In this document: piece after piece, positions 49,012 to 60,896 of the stretch
How positions within the stretch are numbered: position 1 is the stretch's first letter
Layout: the number at the start of each line of letters is the position of its first letter
NCBI GenBank assembly: GCA_965287045.1
Contig: OZ336888.1
Span: 30,132,001-30,196,000, forward strand
DNA length: 64,000 bases
DNA from: Carcharhinus amblyrhynchos
Taxonomy: Eukaryota
Direction: 5' to 3'
Made by a program: the position numbers and the translations under genes
The notes under the pieces: generated by a model
The model's input: only the letters and a program-made list of their open reading frames with translations
Databases searched by the model: none
Told to the model about the DNA's origin: nothing

Positions 49012-49190
49012 ACAAAAACAAAAAATACTGGAAAATCTTAGCAGGTCTGACAGCATCTGTGGAAAGGGAATAGAGCCAACGTTTCAAGTCTGGGGAACCC
49101 TTTGTCAATGATGCTCCACAGATGCTGAGATTTTCTAGCATTTTCTGTTTTTGTTTCAGATTCCAGCTTCCGCAGTATGTTGCCTTTATT
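49012..49190. mobile_element. Small foldback PLE pLTR remnant
   Basis: aaacaaaaaatactggaaaatcttagca..gcatctgtgga is inverted relative to tccacagatgctgagattttctagcattttctgtttttgttt. Confidence 0.65.
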
Positions 49191-49204
49191 ATATTGTATG
49201 ATAT

Positions 49205-50000
49205 CTTTGATTTGATGTATTATTCCCACATGTATTAGCATACAGTCAGAGCGTTCAAAGAGAAGGAAATGAGAGAGTGCAGAATGTAATGTTACAGTCA
49301 TAGCTAGGGTGTAGAGAAAGATCAACTTAATGCAAGGTAGGTCCATTCAAAAGTCTTGACAGCAGCAGGGAAGAAACTGTTCTTGAGGTCACGGTTCGTA
49401 CATGACCTCAGACTTTTGTACCTTTTTCCCAACGGAAGAAGATGGAAGAGAGAATGTCTGGGGTGTGTGGAGTCCTTAATTATGCTGGCTGCTTTGCTGA
49501 GGCAGTGGGAAGTGTAGACAGAGTGAATGGATGGGAAGTTGGTTTGTGTGATGGATTGGGCTATATTCATGACCTTTTGCAGTTTCTTGCAGTCATGGGC
49601 AGAGCAGGAGCCATACTAAGCTGTGATATCCCCAGAAAGAATGTTTTCTTTTGAGAGAGTTGTAACTAACATGTCAAATTTCCTTAGTCTTCTGAGAAAG
49701 TAGAGGCGTTGGTGGGCTTTCTTAACTCTCGCGTCGGCATGGGGGGACCAGGACAGGTTGTTGGTGATCAGGACACCTAAAAGCATGAAGCTCTCAACCC
49801 TTCCCACATCGTCCCCTTTGATATAGATGGGAGAATGTTCTCCTCCATGCTTCCTGAAGTCAATGACAATCTCCTTCATTTTGTTGACATTGAAGGAGAG
49901 ATTACTGTTGCCACACTAGTTCATCAGATTCTCTATCTCATTCCTGTACTCTGTCTCCACGGTGGTGTTGTCAGCAAACTTAAAAATCAAGTTGGAGGGG
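49205..50000 (-). mobile_element. Rex1/Babar-like LINE 3' fragment
   Basis: KEIVIDFRK, KKAHQRLYFLRRLRKF, HSLFHLLPLGKRYKSL, LKNSFFPAAV. Confidence 0.85.
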
Positions 50001-50805
50001 AATTTGATCACAGTCATAGGTGTATGATTCATGTCATTTTCTCACACCGATTTGAATGCCAAATCTTATGGGAATGGACTATCGGGCGTAAAGGCCTGAT
50101 AATTATATGTAAATATAGTCAAGTCGGGATCCCAACATTTAATGGTGGAATTTTCTTTACATTATTGGTGTCGGGCAGGGCCAATTGGAATGGGAAATCC
50201 TGCTGGAGCAAATCACGTTTTGGGACTCTTGCAGGATTTCCTGCTCCCACCCCCAATTGCACTGCTCAAAAATGGGGGCACAAAATCTCCCCCCTTTGTT
50301 CCTCCTCAGTCTAGAGAAGCAATTTGGATTAGTGCTAAATAAATGCAGGTTCTTCTTCTTTACACCAATTAATAATGAATATTTTATCTGCACGCGCAGT
50401 TGCCAATAGAATATTCATCGATACCACACTTTCTTCTAAACATGGATGGCAACAACAATGCTGGTTAGATAGATGAAATTGAAGACTGCTAAATTCTAAC
50501 AAGTAAAATTAATAAAGCTGAGTGATTTGTTTTGTTGTCCTCATCACAAATTTAACCATATGGAACTATAATAAAGGAGATACGTCAGTCTTTATAATGT
50601 ACTAAAAATAGAATCATATCAACATTATCAAAATCAAAATCTTGTGCAAGGATATTCATGAATCTGGCAGTATCACTAAAGGATTCTGCTCAATAAAGGA
50701 AGAGATTAATATTTTCTAGTGACTTTGTTTTCAGTTATAAGAACCAGAAATCAAGTCTGATGATTTTCTTCATTTCTATTAAATAGTTCCTTCAAAAATA
50801 CTCAC

Positions 50806-50873
50806 CAAAAGCACTTCCTCAATAAACTGTATGAATGAAAGAAATATGCTCTCTCATACAATTCTGGAGCAAG
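50806..50873 (-). CDS. FBXL13: FBXL13 coding exon (LAPELYERAYFFHSYSLLRKCF)
   Basis: tttttgcag / gtgagt, 68 nt. Resembles the human N-terminus MTPELMIKACSFY..HFC as recalled. Phase 2 matches next exon. Confidence 0.88.
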
Positions 50874-52325
50874 CTGCAAAAATAAATTGCAAAGGTAAAT
50901 TTTTTTTTAGTTTGGCACAGAAACATTCTACTTTATGAAAATGCGGAGCTCTAATTTTAACTAGGAATGCAAGGTAAGTGTGAGGCTTGCAGGGCTAGTG
51001 GCAGGCTTATGTTAAATTGCTGCACGAGACCCAAGCCATTTTAACAAATACTTTATTAACATAATGCATAATAGAAATGGCATTTGATTGGCGAGCAGAG
51101 AGAACAATGGCCACCAGCAGGGACTCACAGGAACGGTCACCTGCTGATGGACTGATAGACAGCAACAGATCAGGCGACACACCAGGTGCCAGAAGATGGG
51201 ATTAGAATGGGCAGCTACCTTTTTTTCAGCTGGCGCAGACACAATGGGCTGAATGTTAGAAACCCTACAGTGCAGAAGGCGGCCATTGGGCCCAAGGTGT
51301 CTGCACTGACAACAATCCCACCCAGGCCCAATCCCCGTAACCCCAGATATTTATTCCGCTAATCCCTCCAAATGAATGATTTCATTCTGCGCTATAACTT
51401 TACTAAGGTTTCTATAGTCTCAGATACTGAATGAGAAAGAAACCCATATTTGCACAATGATTTTGCTATAAAAATCAAAAATCTAGTACAAGGGATGGTT
51501 ACACTGGAAGGAAACCTGGAACAGAGAAGGTCCAAGAGTTACTTTTGGAGTCCAGATGAGATTCCTTGTTTCTCCTGGTTTACATGAAAATCTTTCAATA
51601 ATGTCTTATTTATCTTTTATGCCAACTTCCCTGGGTGTAATTAGTACCGCACTTGAGTCCTGTGACCTGTGATTTTGTCTCAAATCATGACTTTTGCACT
51701 TTAATGTGACTGTCACTACCTGAGCCAATAGGATAGAAGCTGCTTATAACTTTTTTAAAATGGTTCAGGATATGAAATTGATGGGAAGTAGGTGAGTTGC
51801 ACATGATTGTGATTTTTACTTCTAATTCCCCTGCATCCCCAGATTTTGCTGTCATTTGGCACAGGGGTTAGAATTAGAGTTTATTAAAACCTGAATATTA
51901 CAAATCTTAAAAATTACACAACTGTGTACTTTAAATTAAGATACATTATGGCTTTTACAGTTCAGACTGGTTAAGAAGGCTGTATAAAAGTCTAATGATG
52001 TCATCTTAATGAGCAGAGACAAAAAATAAGAATATGAATCTAGGGCAACAAAGGATTAACAGCACAAAGAGGTGGACAAAGATAAGGAATGTCACACATG
52101 CATAGTGGTTTATAGTCACTTAATCGTGCACAAAAAATATTATAACTGGCAAGTGTGAAATATTTCTCATCATTTTACTGATAAGTAATGTATACAACTG
52201 ACTTGTAGTTTCAATATTCATAAATTAAAAATTTTAATTACTACTGAATCGTAAATAGTCATTTGACACTCACCCTATTTTTCTATGAACAGGTCTAGGG
52301 AATAGAAAAGTGATCAGCTGCTTAC

Positions 52326-52419
52326 CACCTCACCCGACTCCAGATCAAAGAGATAACTTAGATAACTGCCTATCGTTTTGGCCATACGTTGCTTGAATTC
52401 GTCAGTGATAAACATATCC
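52326..52419 (-). CDS. FBXL13: FBXL13 coding exon (DMFITDEFKQRMAKTIGSYLSYLFDLESGEV)
   Basis: ttatttag acceptor, gtaag donor, 94 nt, open frame, phase-0 join to next exon LAPEL. Confidence 0.8.
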
Positions 52420-52755
52420 CTAAATAATAAAGGAATAAAATATTAAAAGTCCAATTTACAGAATAACAATCTGAACAAAAAGAATGCAAGTTGTAAGATG
52501 CAGACCAGGGTGTAAAACTAATGTTAAGGAATTAAACATTATTTTTATCCAAATTTTTACTCTTTTAAAGATTTCATCACCTCCAACTAATGTATTCTCC
52601 AACTAATGAAGTTAAGACAATCTGAGATATTGCCTGCTTTATGTTCCACAACTACATAATTAACTAGTATAACTTTACTGTGGTGAAATGGGCAGTATCA
52701 AAGTAACACAATGGTGCATATCATTGAAACACCAATACAAAGCACCAGAAAGTTA

Positions 52756-52941
52756 GAATCATAGAATCATAGAACCCTACAGTGCAGAAAGAGACCCTTC
52801 GGTCCATCGAGTCTGCACCGACCACAATCCCACCCAGGCCCTATCCCCATATCCCTACATATTTTACCCACTAATCCCTCATCTCGGGACACTAAGGGGC
52901 AAATTTAGCATGGCCAATCAACCTAACCACACATCTTTGGT
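52756..52941 (-). mobile_element. HE1-type SINE 3' fragment
   Basis: (agaatcat)n tail, tttagcatggccaatcaacctaacc. Confidence 0.8.
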
Positions 52942-53995
52942 TCCAATGAGGTGCCTTCTCTGAGGTAAAATTAGTTGAACCTCACTCTGAAGAGATTGTG
53001 GATCCACTGGTTATGATTTTGAAAACTTCCGTACTTTCTAGCATGATTAGAAAATGTAGATTCTACGATTTGTGAGAGGCAGGAAAGGAAAACAGGGCAC
53101 CACAGATTAGTAAGCCTGTCATCAGTCATCGGGAGAAAGCTGGAACCTGTTATTAAGGAAGTCTTAACAATGCACTTAGAAAATCATAGTTTGATCAGAC
53201 AAAGTCAATATGGTATTATAAAAGGGGAATTCTCTTTAACAAATTTATTAGAGGGTCATAAGAGGGAAGATTGACAAGTAGGAAGGTCAGTGAAAGAAGG
53301 TATAAATGAGTCAGTCAGCAAGCATGAAGGTTGGTGAATAGATGGGAGCCAGTGAGCAGGAAGGTTGCCGATTGGGAGAGCCAACTAGCAGAAAGGAGGT
53401 GGACGGGAAGTATGTTATTCGGAGATACTAAGTTATTAAGAACTAGATTATTTTTATCCATTTGTGGGACGTGATTATATTACCCATTGCTAATTGTCCT
53501 TGAACTGAGTCGCACTTCAGTGGGCATTTAAGAATCAACCACATTGCTGTGGGTATGGAGTAACGTGTAGGCCAGACCAGATAAGGATGGCAGATTTCCT
53601 TCCCTAAAAGACATTAGGCTCCACAAATGCTGCCTCAGCTGCTCAGCTTGAACAGCACTTTTTGTTTTTTAATTTCAGATGTGCAACATCCGTAGTATTT
53701 TGTTCCAGATAACGTCATTAGTCTGAGGCATTATAAATTTGAAGTTATGACACCTTTTTAATGAATAGATTTGTAATGTATGGAATAAACACTTCGAGAT
53801 ATGGCAAAATCTAAACTATTTTATACTTCCTATAATTCTGAAAATACTGTTTTCAACATCTTGCAAATAAATTTTGTAAAACATAGTGTAAATTTTACAC
53901 CTCATTCATAGTTAAATTATAAATTGGAGCATTGTTGAAAGTTAACTGTCCTCAATTTGCAATTAGATATTGTAATGATGATTTAAAGCACCCAC

Positions 53996-54025
53996 CAGTT
54001 CAACTCCAGGTGTCTTTCCTTTGTC
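53996..54025 (-). CDS. FBXL13: Probable 30-nt coding microexon of FBXL13 (G-TKERHLELN-TG)
   Basis: Acceptor tgttttgttacag, donor gtgggt. Phase-2 end TG joins the first G of exon 52326-52419 to give W-DMFI. No upstream exon found to check its 5' phase. Confidence 0.55.
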
Positions 54026-55005
54026 CTGTAACAAAACATAAGTATTTTATGAAATGAATATAAATATCCAATAAAGCTAATGAGCACCATTATCTCTCAA
54101 TTTTGCGACAATGTCACATTCATTCACAAGCTAAAAAAACCAAAACAAAGTGCATTGGTCAGGAATTTACACTTCCCTCACTAGCGGATTTTCCAAACTG
54201 AGGGACAAATTTGGAGGGGTTGAAATTGAATGGTTGTGAATCCCTCAGGGTTCCCTCTCACGTCAACCAAGTAGCAATTTTATGCTCGGGCAGGCAGAGC
54301 CTCAAATGGGAAGCCAATCCTTGCCCCAGTTAAGGCCCTTAAATGGCCACTTAATGGTCACATAAGAGCCACATGTGGCTCAATTTTTAGGTTAGTGGAT
54401 AGATGACAGCTCAGAGGTAGAAATGCGTAAGTAAAGATAGTTGCATCTGAGACAGTAAGGGGCAGGAGAGGGGGAGTGTCTCCATCAGAAGCCCCGTCCT
54501 GACTGGGGGACACTCTCCTCTTAAGGTACAGTGACTTCCAGACCTCCCTACTCCATCCAGCCTCTGCTCAATATCCCAATCCCTTCCGCTGCGGCATGGT
54601 GCCTGGAAGTACTGAAGGGCTGCCAACTAATCAGATAAGCTGGTAGTGCTCCAAGGCAGGACTTTGTCTGGTGAGGAGTGGAAGTCTCACCTTATGCCAC
54701 TTGACGCTCATTGGAGCATAATACAGCATCAGAGATGCTTTTGTCTTGGCAGGGGGGTATATTCTCGCTGCCAACTCTTTGCAAAATTCAGGTCATTGAT
54801 AATTCTTTAAGGGCCTGATTTTTTTTTCAGTATGCAGAAAAGTATCTGTCAAATAAAATTTCTAATTATTTTGGTAAATGCAAGAATGTCAAAGGCTTCT
54901 TAGAATAGTCAGCTACTAATTGAGTGCATCCAATGGAATTTAGTTACATACCAGGACCAAACTGCCCCCTATTAATAGCATAGATAATAAAAATGTCTTA
55001 AGGTC

Positions 55006-58000
55006 TGACTTTATATTTGAAAGGGTTGCATTAATGCTTAAAACCAGATCATATGATTTGATGGTGATGTCATTAGGCTGTTGCCAGATTGCTGTTTTAC
55101 TTTCAGTTTGTACTCTATACAGGCAAGATCTCCTGGAATAAATCTGTTCCTATTAGTTCGAATCTACGTGCGCAAACCATTATTTTTCTTTCTGTTTAAC
55201 ACACAGCCTCTAACATAATTAGGACTACAGGAAGAAAACTGGCGATGAGTCAGGATTTTGTTTCACAAAAACATCAAGAAAAGATCCAAGAAAGAAGAAA
55301 ATAATCATGTGGCTCCTCACATTTCAAATGTTAGAAGGCTGGGGAAAAGTCAACATGATTAAATATTTAAGTGGCAGTGAAGGAAGATCAAGTAAGAAAA
55401 AAGCTCTCTGTGTGGTTTTAAAAGAGGAGCTTTTCTTTTCCCAATCAAAGAACAATGAGATTCCAGGCAATATCAGGCATATTTGAAAAAAAGAGATGCA
55501 ATACTGTAGGGCTGGGTTCATTTGAGAAAAAAAATTAAGTCAACAGTCTCCATGGGATATAAAGGGAGTGCTGGAAGACAGTAAAAAAAAATACTGGGTA
55601 GTCTTGAGTTGCTAATGCCTGCAAGAGAAATGGCACGAATCTCAGGATCTATAGGGCTTTTCATGAAGAAAATGAATCGTGGAATTTCCCATGTAGAGCA
55701 TTTTCAATGCTTTGTACAAGTGAATAAAATTGCAAACAAGTTGCTTGTACCAGCTTTTCTAGTACAATAGAAAGTAAAACCTTCAATTTGCTCCAGAATT
55801 TGGTTCATACAGCAAAGCCAGGAACCAAAACTTATGATGACTTGACAAAGATCCTTGAACAGCATTATTCTCTGGAGGAATCAAGTGGAAGGTGAACACA
55901 TTGCTCAGTTTGTGACAACATTAAAAAAGCTGGCACAACATTGTGAGTATGGTGAGTCATTATAATATACTCTTTGAGATCGTCCAATTTGTGATCTCCA
56001 AAATGAGGCCATCCAAAGATTTCTTACTGAACATGCTCTGACTTTAAAGACAGCAGTAGAAATTGCAAAACTGGCTGCTAAAGAGGCTTCACAATTTGGT
56101 GCAGGAATGAAGATCCACAAATTAGGAACTGCCCATTAGGAGTAAAATCAGCAGCATTCACAGATGTGCCAAAAGAAGTCTCTTCGCGAGTGAACGCTGG
56201 AACAAGGATAGCCAATGCAAGAATTTGGCAAATGAGTCACATTGCAAAAGCTTGTTGGGCTAGACCAGCTTCCCTTGAAAAGAATATTCAGAAGAAGAAT
56301 CTGGATACCTCAAGAAGAACAAGTTGAATTCTACAAAAATAATTTGCAACATGGAAGAATTATGACTGTGAAGAAGAGAATATCCAGAAATATGATGAAG
56401 AGCTCTAACTGAATATCTTATCCATACAGGGTGAATCACACAGATTCTGAGTGATTCCAAAATTAAGCAATCTATTAGAATAGAGGTTGACACTGGTGCT
56501 ACTATGTCTTTAATTCCTGAAACTACACACCAATAAAAGTTGAAGCATCTTCCTTTAAAATCAGTTGATGTGATTTTAACAATATAACAGGATAAAGATT
56601 GTATATTCAAAAGCTTATATCATGGTCAATATAAATTGAGTGGGAAAACAATGAGGTTGCCTCTCCATGTGGTTTCTGGTAATTTTCCAGTTCTATTTGG
56701 GAGATCATAGTTGGAGAAGATCAATTTGGATGATGCCAAAGAGAGCTACCTGGATAAATACAAGGTTGTTTTTGAATAAACATTTGGCTCAATGGAAGGA
56801 GTTCAAGTGGAACTCAAGATAAAGTCTAATAATCTACGAAAAAGTCTCAAAGCAAGAACGGTGCCATATGCAATTCACCCCAAGATCGAAGAAGAATATG
56901 ACTTGTTAACATTGGTGTATTTGAGTTGGTTACAATGAGTGACTGGACTACCCCCCCTTTGTAGCTGTCAAGAAACCAGACTGCTAACTTTGTAACTGTG
57001 ATGATTTTAAAACATGCATAAAGCCGCTGCTGTGCACTGATCACTATCCATTTCCTTTAATTGAAGATTTGGTTGCTGGATTATCAGGTGGATAGAAATT
57101 CAGCAAGATTGATATTTAACAGGCATATTTACAGATTCATGTAGCCACTGAATCGCAAACGTTGCTTACCATTGTTACTTATAAAAGATTGCCTTTTGGA
57201 ATAACATCTACACCAACCCTAATCCAGACAGACATTGGTGGATCAGATTTTAAAGATATCAGATGATATTCTAATTACAGGCTCCAGTGAATAAAAGCTC
57301 ACTTGTCTAAACAGCCTTGCTGGTGGAGGTCCTCACTGGTGAGAATCACGTATAGTCCCCAACAACAGGGGCAAAAAGTGATGGTCTCACCTGTGGGATC
57401 GGAAGCTATTGAGGCCCCCGGGTGGTTGGGGGCAAGGGCAGGCTGTGCCCCTATTAAGGTTTATACAATATCATGGGTTTTTTCTTGTTTGTAACTCATA
57501 AAAGTTATTGCTAATTTTCTTTCTATGTGTTCAAGGTATTCTTAAATAAACTTTGTTTGATAAAAGCTCCCTAGTGGCTCATCTGAATCATACCTGGAGT
57601 GAAATACCTTATACTTATCCAAAATTCAAAGTGCAAAACTTATGGCCTATGCTGTCTTCATAAAACATCTTGGAGCTTCTGACCTGGATTACAACACCTT
57701 AAACCATTTTTTCAAAGCTTCAAGAGAACAAGGTTCATTATCACATCGTATGAATAGCTTTTTGGCAGCTTACAAAAATGCTACTCATGAGACTACCCAA
57801 AGTTCACCTGCATTACTTATAGAGAAAGTTGAGAACTATGTTTGATTTGTTATTAGCTTCAGAAACAGCAGAAATAGTAGATCGTCAACAACAATTCAAG
57901 TTGCTGGATGAGAAGTGAGGGCAAAACAACACTCATTTCAAAAACAAGATCCAGTGTTAGCACAAAATTATGCCATGAGTAAGAAATGGGTACCAGACAG

Positions 58001-58665
58001 TTTTAGCAAAAACTGGTCCAATTTCTTGCACGGTTCAAATTAATAGGATAAACTAGTTTGGTGATGCCATACTGATCAATTGTTATCATCCTGAAATCAT
58101 TTCTCAGAATCATCTCCAGAAATATCAATTTCTTTAGTTCCCAGTGTTGTGAATACTACTGCAAAGACTTAGTTGAATTTGAGTTACCTGATGACTGTGT
58201 CTTTGCTACTGTACCATGTGAGAATGCTGGAGAATTAGTTCCAAGAGGTGTCTACTGAAATTGCAGATCATACTTCTAGGGTCAAGACAGCCAATTTTCA
58301 GAATGTCATATACAACCAAAGAGGAATAGACATCCTTCTGATCGACTTTCTTATTGATTGTGTATAATGATTAATGATCCATAGTACTAGAGTATTAATG
58401 GTCCTATGTATAAGATTGTAGTAACTTGTTGTCATGATCACAGATGTAAAGAGGGAGGGATGTCATATATTTAAAAGGGTTGTAATAATGCCTTAAGGCT
58501 TGACTTGATAATGATGTCATTAGGATGTTGCTAAACTTTCAGTTTGTACTCTGTACAAGACCTCCTGGAATAAATCTTTTGTTGTTAGTTTGAATCTACA
58601 TGTGCAAGCCACATTCTTTTCTTTTTGTTAAAACCCACAACCTCTAACATAGTTAGGACCTTACA
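55006..58665 (+). mobile_element. Decayed Gypsy LTR retrotransposon with both LTRs (about 55006-55229 and 58461-58665)
   Basis: Direct repeats gatgtcattagg..ctttcagtttgtactct..ctcctggaataaatct..cctctaaca; PBS-like tggcgatgag at 55240; PPT aaagagggaggga; gag LKKLAQHCEYG; protease VDTGA; RT DDILITG; integrase C-terminus HETTQSSPA. Confidence 0.88.
57304..57696 (+). mobile_element. Partial solo LTR inserted into the Gypsy pol
   Basis: tgt...acaaca ends, AATAAA, interrupts pol between RT and the integrase C-terminus. Confidence 0.55.
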
Positions 58666-59480
58666 ATACTCACGGAAGCAAACGTTGATATTTCATTTGG
58701 TTTTGTAGTTCTTTAATTTTCTCTTCCAAAAATAATAATGGATCATCAGGACACTGAATAAATAATCCTATAAGCAATGCCTATTAAAAGACAAAAATAT
58801 TAAATAAATAACAAATTAAGATGAGTCATGCAGCTTTTCTGTAATTTAGGTGGGCTTTGTTTGGTCTTGCAGTAGGGAATGTTTTCTGTTCAGAGAATCT
58901 CAAATTATTTATATCCACACAAAGAACTGTGCACAAATCTAAGCATTTAGTGACTTGACAAGGTCACTGCACAATATTTGGCATCGCCAAGCTCGATTTG
59001 CAGCATGATTTTGAAAATATTCCTTTTTCTAATTTAAATAAATGCATTTTAATTAAAAAACAAAGGAACGCTGGAAATATATCACTTCTGAAAGAAAGTA
59101 AGCAGGCCAGGGCTGCACCTTCATTAGTGAAGTTTTGCAAACTGTGACTGAGCTATCTCAAGTTTGAATTTGGCAAACCTTTTTTGTTAGCCAAAAGTCC
59201 ATACTGTGTATTATTTTCATCACAATAAGTCAACACACAATGCTCGCATTTTTGAAAATTGTCACCATGTGTTGGTAGTAAATCAAGCTTCCACATAAAA
59301 CATGCTTGGGATTACATTTTTTCAAATGCAATCCTCTGATCCAAGAAGCACTTGAAATTCTTTCATAAAGTAATTGCAATCAACTAGCAGTTATATCGGA
59401 TAACTGCAAAAAGATGGGTCTCTAGTGGGAGATCAAGATACGTGACTGAAATATTCTGACCACCACTGTTAATTAGAAAT

Positions 59481-59837
59481 GACTCTGATTGGTAGAAGTA
59501 TTGCCATGGAGAATGCATGAAGCAACTGATAACGATCAGTTAACTGCCAAGTTTCATTAAATTCAAACCAGGCAAATTGCCTGAGATTGGTCAAGGCATT
59601 ATTCCGGGGCATGACTAGAGAATGGCTGCTGCTGATTTTTGTATAGTTGAAACAGGTGCACTGTTTCAGCTAAACAAAGTAAGCGACAGCCACTGCCTGG
59701 TTCATTCCCCAGGGCAAATACCTGGACCGCTCTGAGACATCTTGCTTGGTTTAAATTGAAACAAAGATTGGCAGTTAATTGTGAGTCATCAGCTGATTGG
59801 TGCATTCTCCATGGCAATGCCTCTATCAATCAGAGTC
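59481..59837. repeat. Imperfect palindrome of about 360 bp, probable foldback of a third PLE pLTR family
   Basis: gactctgattggtagaagtattgccatggagaatgca / tgcattctccatggcaatgcctctatcaatcagagtc; centre tgaaacag-gtgca-ctgtttca. Confidence 0.85.
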
Positions 59838-60044
59838 CACTTGCCAACCAATTCCAATCTCATGAAGCATAATTGTTGTTCCTTTTACATTGGCTGAGTG
59901 CAAGATGAAAAGCTTTGACATGCATCGTTTTCAGTAATACCCAAATTCTGTTCTACCAAACTATTACATGTTTATTTAATTACTGCTTTAGAATTGCTGC
60001 GAAGTAAACACTTTAATCCAAAAGAGATTATTTTAATTTAAAAA

Positions 60045-60385
60045 TTGAAGGTTGAAATCCAACCCCAAAGAGGTGAGCACCAAATCTAGACTATACTCAT
60101 GCAAGTGTATTACTCCGTGTACAGCATTGTCAAAGGCTGTCTTTCAGATGATACATTAAATGAAAGCCCCATTTGTCCTCTCAGGTGAATGTGAAACATC
60201 CCATTTGAAGAAGAGCTGGAATTGCTTCTGCTTCTCTGGCCAATATTTATCCCTCAACCAACATCACCAAGAAAAAATGGTTAGCCAGTTATTATAACAA
60301 TGCTATTTGTGGGATCTTGCAATTTACCAACAGTCTGCTCTTTTCTTACTAGTACAACAGTGGCTACATTTCAAAAGTACTTTAC
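60045..60385 (+). mobile_element. DeuSINE (SacSINE1-like)
   Basis: gtctttcagatga..ttaaa..cctctcaggtgaatgtgaaacatccca..tttgaagaagagc..ctggccaatatttatccctcaaccaacatcac. Confidence 0.75.
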
Positions 60386-60896
60386 GTAGACCAAGTGGTC
60401 ACATGATGATGTGGCTACTGAAAGTTGGAAGCACGGGACTTCTCCCAGGATCCTGGTTTCTCCCAGGATCACCTGTAGGACGGAAGCATGCAAGAGATGC
60501 TCAGAGTATTTAATAAACTATTGTCCTTGGTTGCCAGTGATTGGAACCCAACATTTTTACATGATATCAAGAGTTGGCAGTATGGCACAAGGACTTGGCT
60601 GCATAGGCCTGCTTGACAAAAACATGGCAGACAACTGGGCCAAGTTTTGGAAAAGAGTGATACATCCACTATGGTGAGAGATTATTGGAAAAATCTAAAA
60701 AGGTACAAGCATACATATTCATCCAGCAGTAAGAATCCTGCAATAGCAAGCAAGAATGAACAAAAAAAACTTTTCAAAATAACAATTTAATAAAGATCCT
60801 TTGTTACACAACCACTTGGCCCATACCCTCGGCCAAAAATGCCCCCACCAATCCCTATCTGCTTCCTATTTCTACTGGGTCAGCTGACCATCACAG

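Noticed and set aside
53900-54025. Longer exon ending ATGAATGAG|gtgtaa as a start-codon exon
   Set aside because: Weak donor, phase 0 is incompatible with the phase-2 start of exon 52326-52419, and there is an in-frame stop after the microexon donor
60439-60471. Tandem ttctcccaggatc duplication and downstream MAQGLGCIG ORF
   Set aside because: Short local duplication in what looks like eroded LTR/gag debris; no support for function
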